A DNA stretch of 44,746 nt from a virus (lineage: Duplodnaviria > Caudoviricetes): IMG/VR virus record IMGVR_UViG_3300044297_000213, positions 1-44,746 of that record, one strand, 5' to 3'. Both the position numbers and the translations under genes were made by a program. Of this stretch, positions 8,207 through 18,630 are shown in pieces; within the stretch, counting starts at the first letter, position 1; each line of letters starts with the position of its first letter. A model generated the notes under the pieces. That model was not told the DNA's origin. It did no database searches and worked only from the letters and a program-made list of their open reading frames with translations.

Positions 8207-9338
8207 CTTACATTCCCCTGAAATCTTCCGCCGTTGGACAGCAATAACAACTATAGCCGCGGCTTTAGAACAAAAAGTTTGGGTTAGAACTTCACGGCCA
8301 TTGTATCCTAATATCTATGCATTTATTGTCGGTCATCCAGGTGTAGGGAAAAGTCGTACTATGCGGGAAGGTCGAAGTTATATTCAAGAACTACCCGAGT
8401 TTCATCTAGCTCCGATCTCAATGACCTTTGCGAGTCTTGTAGATTCTCTAGTCCGGTCAAAACGAAATATCATCTGTCCACCGGACGATCCGCTAGAATA
8501 TAACTCAATGTATATCTGTGCCGATGAACTCGGCGCATTCATGTCTAAATACGATAATGAAATGATAGATGGTCTGTCTGCGTTTTATGACCCTGACCCA
8601 TACCAACAAGTCCGGAGGACTTCTGATCTTCGAGTACAAATTAAATCCCCACAACTTAATATTCTTTGCGGAACTACCCCACAAAACCTAACCGAACTCA
8701 TGCCTGAAAAAGCTTGGGGACAGGGGTTTACATCGCGGCTGATTATGGTGTTTTCTGATGAACGAATCATCGGCGATGATTTTGCTCCAGAAGAAGCTCG
8801 TCATTCAGATGAGCTTAAATTTGATATTGAACGGATTAACAATCTTCACGGGGAATTTAAAGTAACCGAAGATTATCGTACCGCAGTTAATATCTGGCGT
8901 AATAACGGCGAGCCACCTGTGCCAGATCATCCGAAGTTAATTCATTATGTCACACGTCGCCGGGCCCATTTATACAAACTGTCTATGATCGCTTCAATCG
9001 ATCGATCTGATTCACTTATCCTAACCAAAACCGATTTCGACACAGCAATGCGTTGGTTACTTGAAGCAGAGCTTACCATGCCGGAAATATTTAAAGCTGG
9101 CGCAGCTAATGCTGACGGCCAAGCGATGCAGGAGATTTTGCACTTTATTAAAATTTCAGATAAAGGCCAGGGTGTATCGGAGCAACGCATTTATCGCTTT
9201 GCGCGAGATCGTATCCCAATGCATTCAATTCTGCGTATAATTGAAATCTTAGAAAAATCCGGCCAAATCACTTTACGTGGAATTGACCGGAACACAAAGT
9301 TGCGTTGGTATTCTGCTAATTCCGGAGAACTACCTTGA
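8094..9338 (+). CDS. DUF3987/YfjI-like P-loop helicase
   Basis: YPNIYAFIVGHPGVGKS Walker A, ICADELG Walker B, GFTSRL arginine finger, C-terminal wHTH-like region. Confidence 0.8.
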   Translation: MMKTPTRSGSKTTQATTTGNPQRKLTSWIESFIDQTSNLHSPEIFRRWTAITTIAAALEQKVWVRTSRPLYPNIYAFIVGHPGVGKSRTMREGRSYIQELPEFHLAPISMTFASLVDSLVRSKRNIICPPDDPLEYNSMYICADELGAFMSKYDNEMIDGLSAFYDPDPYQQVRRTSDLRVQIKSPQLNILCGTTPQNLTELMPEKAWGQGFTSRLIMVFSDERIIGDDFAPEEARHSDELKFDIERINNLHGEFKVTEDYRTAVNIWRNNGEPPVPDHPKLIHYVTRRRAHLYKLSMIASIDRSDSLILTKTDFDTAMRWLLEAELTMPEIFKAGAANADGQAMQEILHFIKISDKGQGVSEQRIYRFARDRIPMHSILRIIEILEKSGQITLRGIDRNTKLRWYSANSGELP

Positions 9339-9597
9339 TATGGGTCAGAACCCAATCAAGAATACCGGTAAGGTATGTGGCGATGAGGACAAGAATTGCA
9401 AATATTCGGCGGCCCCATTTAACGAATATAAGCCCTTCTTGTATAATCTCAACGCTAGGTGCCATGATTTTGATCTTGTCCTCCATTCGGGCCCCGCGTT
9501 CCATGATAACATCGAGTTTTCCATTCATTTCCTCGACGGAGTTTCTTAGCTGTTCATGGTTATTTTCCAGAACAGCTATCCTTTCAGCGAGAGCCAT
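9316..9597 (-). CDS. Coiled-coil protein with C-terminal TM helix (lysis-cassette membrane protein)
   Basis: Start moved to ATG 9597; ERIAVLE coiled coil, then IFAILVLIATYLTGIL. Confidence 0.7.
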   Translation of the reverse strand: MALAERIAVLENNHEQLRNSVEEMNGKLDVIMERGARMEDKIKIMAPSVEIIQEGLIFVKWGRRIFAILVLIATYLTGILDWVLTHIKVVLRN

Positions 9598-9598
9598 T

Positions 9599-9952
9599 TC
9601 AATTCCTTTTGAATTGTTCCCAAATAGTCTGCCCAGTTTTGAATGAATCAAGCGCGGCTTTATAAGCTGAAACCACATCAGTTGGACGATTGTCACAGAT
9701 TCCCTGAACCAGACCAAATGCTTGCGCGCCAGCTTGAGAATATTTCTCTGGAACATGGCCTAGATTCACTGTTAGATCAAAGCCAATCTTTACAAGCGGC
9801 AAATTTGCGCAGAGTTTGTCAAGCGCATTGTTAGCAGACGCAACAGCCTTATTAACCGCAGCGTCTACCTTCTTGACCGCCGCTGGATTAAGTTCAGGCC
9901 GTGGCCCACACCCAGCTAAAATTAGGGGCAGTGCAATGATAATATATTTCAT
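9599..9952 (-). CDS. Lipoprotein, putative spanin-like lysis accessory
   Basis: MKYIIIALPLILAG-C lipobox; located in the lysis cassette. Confidence 0.75.
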   Translation of the reverse strand: MKYIIIALPLILAGCGPRPELNPAAVKKVDAAVNKAVASANNALDKLCANLPLVKIGFDLTVNLGHVPEKYSQAGAQAFGLVQGICDNRPTDVVSAYKAALDSFKTGQTIWEQFKRN

Positions 9953-10203
9953 GACTTGTTCTCCTTCGGACCGAGGTAAAACTGCTTTGCACCATCTGGT
10001 CCAGATTTACTCGGAATAGCACCAAGAACAGCATTAACTGCATTTCCTATTCCAAGCAATATCATCAATCCGGCGAGGATTGCTTTTACCTGATGTGGAG
10101 TAAATCCGAGATCAGTTAACTGTGATCCTGTTCCGGAAAGAAAAGCCAAGATTGCCAGTATAATTGACAACCATACTGAGTAACGCGGATCTATCGTCAT
10201 CAT
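9949..10203 (-). CDS. Putative holin (2 TM helices)
   Basis: 84 aa, two hydrophobic segments, charged C-terminus, adjacent to the endolysin. Confidence 0.7.
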   Translation of the reverse strand: MMTIDPRYSVWLSIILAILAFLSGTGSQLTDLGFTPHQVKAILAGLMILLGIGNAVNAVLGAIPSKSGPDGAKQFYLGPKENKS

Positions 10204-10664
10204 GCACTCCTCATTTTCATAGCCAAATCCTTACAAGCTTTTTCTCTGGCCAACCAGCCTTTACCAAAGAATTTAAAATTAGCCAGATGCCGATAAAACC
10301 CAAGGCGTTTTTTATCGAGTTCTAGAATTTGAAAATATGAAGTTGAATTTGAAATTTCTTTATACCAATTTAATGCCCGTCCCGGTCCGGAATTAACAGC
10401 AATATCGAACATCATTAAATCAACACCGGCCGGAAGATCATCACCATTAACAGTGTTCCAAAATTTTTTATGATAAATATTTTCTGCCGTTGCTTTAGTC
10501 ATCCCCATAACATCACTAATCGTTGCTCGACGCCCGAGTTCATGTGATAGCGTTGCAATGGTGATTCCCATATTCGTAGGCCCGCCCGGGTCCTTTGAAT
10601 GATTTGAATATCCACCCTCGTATTTAAGAGTGAAATCTAAACAGCGCTTGAAGTTCTCTTTCAT
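10200..10664 (-). CDS. Endolysin, glycoside hydrolase family 108
   Basis: EGGYSNHSKDPGGPTNMGIT, FDIAVNSG, FGKGW; start moved to ATG 10664. Confidence 0.92.
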   Translation of the reverse strand: MKENFKRCLDFTLKYEGGYSNHSKDPGGPTNMGITIATLSHELGRRATISDVMGMTKATAENIYHKKFWNTVNGDDLPAGVDLMMFDIAVNSGPGRALNWYKEISNSTSYFQILELDKKRLGFYRHLANFKFFGKGWLAREKACKDLAMKMRSA

Positions 10665-13600
10665 CAATGATCTCCGCCGATCCAATCATCCCATGTATGT
10701 GAATGCTTTTTCAATGTTCCATATCTTAAACCTGTAACCCAACTCCATGGACCTTCTGGATCTTCATATCCAAGGTTTGTATTTATACTAAACCGGGCCG
10801 CTTTTCCTATTGGCAACGGTGCCATACCTGAAACTGTGCCCATTACTGCAAACATATCCTGAACTAACTTACCTGCATTTCTCTCATCGACCGGATTATC
10901 TTTCCGCAAATCCCGGAGCCAATTTGTGGCATTCTGTGCCATAGATCCAAGCAGTCCGAATTGCGGATCGCGGCCATAGCTCAAGCCCGAGACCAAATCA
11001 CGAAGACCGATAACACCAGCAGAAAGATATTTACCTGTTGCTTTAGCTACAGTCCAGGAAAGGTCTTCGTCTTTACCATGCGGCAGCGGCGAAACAAGTT
11101 CTTCATTCACCGCAGGAAATACCGCGTAAGCAAAGAAAGCGGCAGTAAGCATCGGTATTGTTTTAGTCGCGTCTTTGAAATCACCTTCTTTAAACAGATC
11201 ATAAGTCTCACCTGCTTTCCATCCAGTCTCAACCATTCGGTTAAAAATATCAGAGAAGAAATTATAAACCGAGGTCAACCACGGATTAGCATTTCTTTGA
11301 ACTGAAGTTCGATTAGTCGTCGCAGTTGATCCATGAGCTCGCCTAACCGCACGATCTCCTTCAATCACAGCTTCTTCATGATTATATCCTGCTTCGCGCT
11401 GTTCACGATACTTTGCCAGCCACGTGGGCACAGCTGAAAGATTGTCTGCAAATGAAACAGGTGTCGCGCCCCATTCCATAACCTTATGCCGCCAGAATTG
11501 AAACCCCTTTCCGAACATCTGGTTTTCCATAGTACCGTATAAAGTCTCTTGCCAATTTGGATGGCGACGTTGAAGTTCTAAGGAATGCTTCAAAGCAAAT
11601 TCACCATTAGAACTGGCTATTTCATCGCCCATTTCAAACAATGTTCGGACTGCATAATTATAATTCTGCCCTCCAACAATATCATAAGCTTTTGCAATGT
11701 CATCGTCTTTAATCGCACGCTTAACAGTCTCACGAAGAAAGTTTCCAACGCCGACCTCATGCATTGACATGACCAACGCAGTTGGACCGTGTTTCATTAC
11801 AGTACCAGGATTAAACGCAATTAACGTGGAGATTGTATTCTGTCGAATAAACTCCGACCAACGCCGCCAACCTTTTATAGCTTCTTGATCACGAAGAGAC
11901 GAATTAGCCACATCAATAAGATACGGCCTTAGCATCTCTGCATATTCATTTCCATACTGACGCTGAATCCCGTTAAAGATTTTATTATCAAAGAAAATCT
12001 TTCTTGCTTCGGTCACAGCTGGGCGCATGGCAAGATCATGTATCATTTGATCAAACCGCGCAGGGAACTCATCAAGACTCATACTGAGCGGACGTATATC
12101 TTTAGTCCGGGATTTAGTATACCCATTACTCACATAAGCATTAATATATCCTTGATCAAATAAATCCCCTGGTCCGCGAAGTTCACCGCTTTCCGCTTTG
12201 AAAACTGAATGCTCAATTATAGGCCAATATCCACCCTTAACTGGGCCGTGTTTTGAATAAAAATTCAACCCTTGAACTGTTTCCGGCGCGACTCCACCGG
12301 TCATACCACGATACATAATATCAACCTGAGTTTTAAACTCCCGCATTACCCCCCACATACCTTCCGCGAAAGCCCAATCAGATTTTGTGGCATGTTCATT
12401 AAGCCAATTCATCATCTGAGGCACAGTTACCCCATATCCGCCAGCCATCTTTTCGCGGTTTTGTTTGGTGCCTGAGTTAAGCATGATCATTAACATATTC
12501 CCTCGGGAAATGCTAAAGTCATACGAAGTTCCCGGCTGTTTCCATATTTTATTTGGGATAACCCGGTCGAAGTTCTTATCCTCAAGTGCCTCAAAAACAT
12601 CACGGATTTTATTCGCATAACTTCGCTTTAACGCATCGCGTGCATTCGCGGCGTCGATTAGATTATAAATAACTTTGTTCCATTCACCCTTTGAATCAAA
12701 TTTCGCAAAACGGTTAAAGACAGTCTCAAGCTGTAGATGCGCCGCCTTCGCCGATCGAATTACAGCCATCCCCGGAATAAAACTAACACGTTCACCTTCA
12801 GGGGTGTATTTAATCGGATCTCGATGCTCAAGCTGATTGACAAGAGTATCAATCAGAACCGCGCGATCCATTTTCTCGCCAAGTAAATCAATCTTCAATT
12901 CATCCCGGCCAAGATGTTCAAGAACCTTTACAGAATCTTTAAACCACCGAAGCTCTTGAACAGTTAATTGATCTAAGGGCTTTGTCCATGCCGGATCAGT
13001 CAGCGCATCCCATATATCAATAATATGACCCTGTGCTTGTTTATTCTCAACAAAGGTTTTAAAATCCTTTTGTTGAGTACCTTCCATTTGAAGTTTTAAA
13101 TCTTCAAAAGTTCTATTAACCTTAGCCCCAACCTTCATCATGGCTTGGTGAATATAATTAGTGTATTCTGGCGCCTCACCTTCGACAACCCGGCGCCGAT
13201 GTGTACGTAAAAACCGGTCGAGTTGTTTGATTTCTTTTTCCAACTTCCTCGCTTCGGCAGCTTGAATCGAAGTCAACAATCTCCGACCCATGGAGATTAC
13301 AGCTTCTTCAGGCTTATCTGCAATCAATGCCCGTTCAGCTTCAGACGCGTGTTTCTCTACAAGCGAAACAAGTTTAGAATAATTAACACCCGACGCAGTT
13401 TGTGAATCAAATATTCGTTTAGCTTCCGCTTTGATATCAGCCAGATCAACCGGAGTTTGTTTAGCAAGCAAAGCCGCGTTGGTATATTCTTCGGAAAGTA
13501 GATTTATTGCATTTTCTGAAAACGCAATATCATGAGCTTCTGTTGCGATATTCTCGGCCAGTTTACCATACCGGGCCTCCATAAGCTCGGCGGTTTTCAT

Positions 13601-16435
13601 GTCGATAATTTTCTTTACCATCTGTTGTGCAGATAAATCGCCTTTTTGTTCATGGTAGGCTTTAAGCGCTTCGACCATTTCTTTACCGGAGCCAAACCCG
13701 AACATTTGTGCAACGGGCTCAACTGGGATTCCGTCGTTGGAATAATACCAACGTGGGAGCATGGATTTTTCTTCCGCTGAGAGATCACTCGCGCGAAGTG
13801 GTATACGCTTTCGACCAGTTTGTTTATCTTTATATTCTCCAGAACCAATAAACAAATCTGCCGCAACATCAGGGCGTTGCTTAATAGTTTCTTCAACCTC
13901 AGCTCGAGTTTCTTTTATTCGCTCATTCCATTCAGGTGTCAACTTTCGTTTTGCTTCACGTTCGGCGGATTTAGCCGAGGCTTCGATATCTTCACGATAA
14001 CGTTCCTTGAGCAATTCTTGAAGGCGTTTAAAAGACTTCACATCGAGCTTAATCGCACTTGCCTGAAGAGAATCAAGCTGTGCTTGGAGTTGGGAATAAT
14101 CAAACGACTTCGATTCATCCACACTCAAACGATATCCGCCACGATCCGCAAAACCAGCGGGCTCTCGTGCACCTACTTCACCAGATTCAATCTGCCTAAA
14201 GATTGTATTAAAATCTGGCTCTTTACCAAGAACAGATTTGATCTGTGCTTTTATCTCATTCCAAAGATCTTCAAGTTTCTGGAAAATTCTTCCGACAGGA
14301 CTATCCACACGATTTTCGCGGTTCTGAGCCCACTCACCATAAGCATCAGCAACTGATTCTTCAAGCTTATAATGATCTGAAAGATTTTCATATCGCTGAT
14401 GAATATTATACCGATTCAACCAGCCTTCTGAAACAGCCGCCCTTTGTAAAGTCCCCCATTCACTTTCGCTCAAAAATCCATAATTGCGTAAAACATGTAG
14501 ACCTTCATGTCGTGCTGTTCTTCCTGGATTAGGGCTAAAAAAGTTAACCAATACTTGTGGAGCACGTTCACGACTTGGAATAAATGTTCCAAGCGCTTCG
14601 CGACCACCGGATTGTATTCCATGGACGAGATATGATTCTGCTTTAGGCGCAATACGACCAAGGATATCAGAGATAATTTTATGTGCAGAGGCTTCTTCTT
14701 TAGTATAAAGTTCGCGCGGCTTCATTCCACCAGTTACTTCTGGATGAAAATTTTTAAGCACTGTTCCCGACATAATTCGATTAAAATTATTAAAACTAGC
14801 GGGATTTAATATTTCATCAAATTTAACTTTCGGAAATGCATGAGTTTCACCAGTTGTCCCAGCCCCTTCACGGGCACCTGTAACCCGATGACCCGTGATA
14901 TATTCATAATCAGGAAACTCAGCCTTAAGTTGGCGCATGAGATCACGGACAAGACTCGGGCCGAACGAATTAGCCCAATGCCCCGCAGCCCCGCCAATCA
15001 TCTCAATATGCAATGTTTTAGTCGCCGGATCAGGAACCAGAGTCAAATCCCCTACAACCCTCCCATTCTGATCTAAAAGTTGAAATTCATTATAATGCTC
15101 AAAGCCCTCAATTCCAGAACCTTTCTTAAGTGAGATCTTTCGATCACCCCAAGCAAACATTGGTTCAAGGCCATTAGCACGAATCTGTGCCAACGGCGAA
15201 TCAACAACTTCCTTCGGTGACGCAGCCTCGGCTGCTTCGCGCGCAGTTATTCCACCATCCCAAAGACGTGTGTCTTGACGCAAAACCTGCCGAACTTCTG
15301 GCGTAGAATATGTCAACCAGTCTTTAAGTGGTATGCGAATGTCTTCTCCAGTGTCAATCGCATTTCGGAGTTGATTTTCAAAATCAGGAATCCAGCCCAG
15401 AATACCATCGTTTGATGCCGGGAGCTTATCTTTATAAAGCGCCGCAATTGCATCACCGGAAATACTAATACTATCATTCCCAACTTGTTCCTCAACCGCA
15501 GCGCGAAACATCTCAGGTGCGCGGGCTCGCGTTGAAGAATTTTCAGCCGCAGCCAACGCGGCTTCAATACGATTTAAACCTTCCTCATTTGCACGAGTTT
15601 TAAATTCATCTATAAAAGGATCAATTCCACGCGGAGGCTCAAGTCCAGCGTCCGTCCAAGGTTTAGCCGCTCGTTTGGCGCGTTCAATTCTAGCAACAAA
15701 TGCTTGTGCTTGTGTAGCAGCATGAACTGTACCACCACCGCCGCCCATAAAATAATTTTCAACACCGCCTTCAATATCCCGCAATAGATTTGATGGAGCT
15801 TCTTGCCCAATAGCGGCGAATAAACCTTTAGCACCCCCTTGTAATCCACCTGTTACGCCACCAGCAAATCCACCGATGGCGCGCACACCGAGTTCAATTG
15901 GCATTCCAAGTGTTGCCCATGCAACAGCTGAGTATGGATTTCGTTGACCGAACTCAGTATTAATCGCCCACGAACCCGGGATTGAAGGACCAACACCTTT
16001 AACAACGCCCTCAATTGCACCTTTAACAGGCGGCATAAGCACGTCGGTTAAAAGTTTATATTGACTCTGTGCTTCAAGTTCAACCGCTTTGACATAATTA
16101 TCACCATATAAACGGCCGAGTGTAGACATTACATTGGACAACGCACCATAATCGTCATTTGAAACAACGTCGGCGAGTGGATTGTTGTTAATATATGCCT
16201 GAAGCACAGGACTGTTTCTAACAATCCCGGCGGTGAGGTCGGTTTTATGTTCACGGTCTATATTATCAAGATCAGCATAAACAAGATTAGGCGGCAACCC
16301 TGTTGATTGAGCCAGTTGTAGAGCCCTTGCCCCACGCTCAGGATTCTCATCAATTGATCCGGCGGCTTTAACAACAGGACCATTCACCGCATTGGCGACA
16401 ATTGATTGAATATCATCAGGCGAAAGAGAGTCCAT
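10664..16435 (-). CDS. Large internal virion/ejection protein (T7 gp16-like position; polyvalent-type, HExxH motif)
   Basis: 1923 aa, helical; last of three core genes; RHEGLH...EESVADAY. Confidence 0.75.
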   Translation of the reverse strand: MDSLSPDDIQSIVANAVNGPVVKAAGSIDENPERGARALQLAQSTGLPPNLVYADLDNIDREHKTDLTAGIVRNSPVLQAYINNNPLADVVSNDDYGALSNVMSTLGRLYGDNYVKAVELEAQSQYKLLTDVLMPPVKGAIEGVVKGVGPSIPGSWAINTEFGQRNPYSAVAWATLGMPIELGVRAIGGFAGGVTGGLQGGAKGLFAAIGQEAPSNLLRDIEGGVENYFMGGGGGTVHAATQAQAFVARIERAKRAAKPWTDAGLEPPRGIDPFIDEFKTRANEEGLNRIEAALAAAENSSTRARAPEMFRAAVEEQVGNDSISISGDAIAALYKDKLPASNDGILGWIPDFENQLRNAIDTGEDIRIPLKDWLTYSTPEVRQVLRQDTRLWDGGITAREAAEAASPKEVVDSPLAQIRANGLEPMFAWGDRKISLKKGSGIEGFEHYNEFQLLDQNGRVVGDLTLVPDPATKTLHIEMIGGAAGHWANSFGPSLVRDLMRQLKAEFPDYEYITGHRVTGAREGAGTTGETHAFPKVKFDEILNPASFNNFNRIMSGTVLKNFHPEVTGGMKPRELYTKEEASAHKIISDILGRIAPKAESYLVHGIQSGGREALGTFIPSRERAPQVLVNFFSPNPGRTARHEGLHVLRNYGFLSESEWGTLQRAAVSEGWLNRYNIHQRYENLSDHYKLEESVADAYGEWAQNRENRVDSPVGRIFQKLEDLWNEIKAQIKSVLGKEPDFNTIFRQIESGEVGAREPAGFADRGGYRLSVDESKSFDYSQLQAQLDSLQASAIKLDVKSFKRLQELLKERYREDIEASAKSAEREAKRKLTPEWNERIKETRAEVEETIKQRPDVAADLFIGSGEYKDKQTGRKRIPLRASDLSAEEKSMLPRWYYSNDGIPVEPVAQMFGFGSGKEMVEALKAYHEQKGDLSAQQMVKKIIDMKTAELMEARYGKLAENIATEAHDIAFSENAINLLSEEYTNAALLAKQTPVDLADIKAEAKRIFDSQTASGVNYSKLVSLVEKHASEAERALIADKPEEAVISMGRRLLTSIQAAEARKLEKEIKQLDRFLRTHRRRVVEGEAPEYTNYIHQAMMKVGAKVNRTFEDLKLQMEGTQQKDFKTFVENKQAQGHIIDIWDALTDPAWTKPLDQLTVQELRWFKDSVKVLEHLGRDELKIDLLGEKMDRAVLIDTLVNQLEHRDPIKYTPEGERVSFIPGMAVIRSAKAAHLQLETVFNRFAKFDSKGEWNKVIYNLIDAANARDALKRSYANKIRDVFEALEDKNFDRVIPNKIWKQPGTSYDFSISRGNMLMIMLNSGTKQNREKMAGGYGVTVPQMMNWLNEHATKSDWAFAEGMWGVMREFKTQVDIMYRGMTGGVAPETVQGLNFYSKHGPVKGGYWPIIEHSVFKAESGELRGPGDLFDQGYINAYVSNGYTKSRTKDIRPLSMSLDEFPARFDQMIHDLAMRPAVTEARKIFFDNKIFNGIQRQYGNEYAEMLRPYLIDVANSSLRDQEAIKGWRRWSEFIRQNTISTLIAFNPGTVMKHGPTALVMSMHEVGVGNFLRETVKRAIKDDDIAKAYDIVGGQNYNYAVRTLFEMGDEIASSNGEFALKHSLELQRRHPNWQETLYGTMENQMFGKGFQFWRHKVMEWGATPVSFADNLSAVPTWLAKYREQREAGYNHEEAVIEGDRAVRRAHGSTATTNRTSVQRNANPWLTSVYNFFSDIFNRMVETGWKAGETYDLFKEGDFKDATKTIPMLTAAFFAYAVFPAVNEELVSPLPHGKDEDLSWTVAKATGKYLSAGVIGLRDLVSGLSYGRDPQFGLLGSMAQNATNWLRDLRKDNPVDERNAGKLVQDMFAVMGTVSGMAPLPIGKAARFSINTNLGYEDPEGPWSWVTGLRYGTLKKHSHTWDDWIGGDH

Positions 16436-18630
16436 TATTGCCTCGGGGGTTCAGGCTGCGCAGGTTCTGTAGTCGATGGCATAGTCAAACTTGCTCCGCC
16501 TGAGGGCGATGGCACAGGTAGACTTTGATTCATTGATTTACCGCCAACCCGTTTACCATAAAGTCTCTGATAAGTTAGATCCATATACATACGATTAAGT
16601 TGCTCTGGCGTCGGTGCAATTCCATGCACATTTTTAAATTCCGTTTCAAGCATTTTCTTTTCAGAATAACTCGGTTCCATACGGTAAAAACGAGATTTTG
16701 AATCAAACAAAACACCTTTAGAAGTCAGATTCTCTTTAAGCACGTTTGTTGCGATTTGTTTTTGTTCTTCATATGTCAACGGACTTTTCTTTTCTTCAGT
16801 AGCAAGTTCAAGTTGCAACCGAAGTGCCCCGATGAATTTATTATAATCCTTGCTTTTAGGATCAAGAACATTTTTTGTTAGTTCAGACACTGAACTAACA
16901 GCTTTATTCAAATCCGGAGCCTTTGCTGTTTGTTTAAGTAACTTTGTCTGTGCGGCCATGAGTCGAAGTTTTTGATCATTTGGCCCAGCCCAAGTTCCAA
17001 CTTTAAAATTAAGTAGCCGCTCACGATCTGCCGAGCTCAAATCATCCCGCGACATTTCCCCGAGCAAAGTCATAAACTGGTCTTGATTCTCCGGGGTCTT
17101 ACCATAACCCCCGCGCGCATTTGCAGCAAGAACATCTTGATATTGTTTTTTCTCGGTTGCAGTAAGCCGTTCCCATGCAGCGGCAGCATCTGGATTGGTT
17201 GTTATTTGATCAATCGACGTCGGAAGCTTTCCATCATCCCCAATTGCTTTTGTGAAAGCTTCGGTTAGAGTTTTATTATCGCGCACTGATTGGTCTTGTA
17301 TATTTCTATCCATTTCACGTTTGATAATATTCGCCCGCTGACCCGCATAAAAAGGCAGATCAGGATTTTCTGGCGCAAGTCTTTCAGCCCTCTGCTGCGC
17401 CGCCTCAGCCAATGTTTCGCGGCTAGATAGCTGTGCAATAATACTATTGGCTTTTTTAAGTTCTTTATCCGTATCTGATCCCGGTGTCATCCAAAGTTTT
17501 GCCGCGTCATTAAACGACTTACCTTTCATATCTTTCGCAAACAAAGTCTCAAATAATTTATCTTGAGCTTTAGGATCTTTTAGAAATTCTTCTTTTGTCA
17601 TAGAATCCATGCCAGCCCGTTTTAACATAGATCCGAGATTATAATCCATAACTCCATAACGACCGAGCGGCTGACCTTTATTACCAGCATTATCTATTAC
17701 TGTTGGGCCGATAGCACCGTATTCTCTTGCATTTTGACCATAACCACCAATAGCCGCTTTGGCTGTACTGATAGGAACTTCTTTTTCTCCAAGAATCTGA
17801 TCTTCACCGGAGTGAATATCTTGTGCAATATTTCGAGCACCGGATCGATTCTGAGAATCATGAATTATTTTATAAGCTTTATCGGCGTCGTCACGATTTA
17901 AATCCCCGCGTTTAAGAGCTTCTTTCATAAGCTTATCAGCTTTAAAAGGCTCAGTCACAGAGATAGTTTTAATCCGACCAAACCAAAGACTGCTCCGAGC
18001 ATCACGCGCAGCATTTTCTACAGTGACTGAATTTGCCCCGCGTTCAAGCGCACCATTCCTAGCCAGCCGATCAGTTTCAATCACAGTCTTTTTAAAAGCT
18101 TCATCATCGTTTGGATTTAATTCAACTTGATTTCTGTTAGCGTCAATCCGAGCTTGGTTTGTTTCGATTGAATATTTCTTAAGTTGCTCACCTGCATGAG
18201 CTCCGGCGGAAACGACTGTACGAGAATGAAGTGTGCGGGTTTCATTATCGAATAGTTTTTGTGCGTATGGAGTTTTTAATTTAGCTCGTTCTTCTTCTCG
18301 GATAGTGTCAAGATCTTTTTGAAATTGAGGTAGTGCATCCGACGCATTCTTACCCTCTTTTGATCGAAATCCGACCATGAGGTCGCCATAACGGGTTGAA
18401 GTTGCTGCAACACCAGCATTGGCATTAGCTGCTTCTTCGAGCTGTTGCATAGCCACAGCTCGATTAAAAAGCTCTTCTCCAACATGTTCAAGCTTGCCGC
18501 CAACACCTTGAATAGCCCGCGCAGTGTCAGCGCCGAATGCCGCCGCCGGAACGTTGATATTAAGATAAGGTGTTGAATTATTTTCAGGTGCAACACTTGG
18601 AGCGCCCGAATAAGGAACTTCCATCGCCAT
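16435..18630 (-). CDS. Internal virion/ejection protein (gp15-like) with lysozyme-like segment
   Basis: 731 aa, helical; LGRYGVM...EEFLKDPKAQD segment. Confidence 0.7.
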   Translation of the reverse strand: MAMEVPYSGAPSVAPENNSTPYLNINVPAAAFGADTARAIQGVGGKLEHVGEELFNRAVAMQQLEEAANANAGVAATSTRYGDLMVGFRSKEGKNASDALPQFQKDLDTIREEERAKLKTPYAQKLFDNETRTLHSRTVVSAGAHAGEQLKKYSIETNQARIDANRNQVELNPNDDEAFKKTVIETDRLARNGALERGANSVTVENAARDARSSLWFGRIKTISVTEPFKADKLMKEALKRGDLNRDDADKAYKIIHDSQNRSGARNIAQDIHSGEDQILGEKEVPISTAKAAIGGYGQNAREYGAIGPTVIDNAGNKGQPLGRYGVMDYNLGSMLKRAGMDSMTKEEFLKDPKAQDKLFETLFAKDMKGKSFNDAAKLWMTPGSDTDKELKKANSIIAQLSSRETLAEAAQQRAERLAPENPDLPFYAGQRANIIKREMDRNIQDQSVRDNKTLTEAFTKAIGDDGKLPTSIDQITTNPDAAAAWERLTATEKKQYQDVLAANARGGYGKTPENQDQFMTLLGEMSRDDLSSADRERLLNFKVGTWAGPNDQKLRLMAAQTKLLKQTAKAPDLNKAVSSVSELTKNVLDPKSKDYNKFIGALRLQLELATEEKKSPLTYEEQKQIATNVLKENLTSKGVLFDSKSRFYRMEPSYSEKKMLETEFKNVHGIAPTPEQLNRMYMDLTYQRLYGKRVGGKSMNQSLPVPSPSGGASLTMPSTTEPAQPEPPRQ

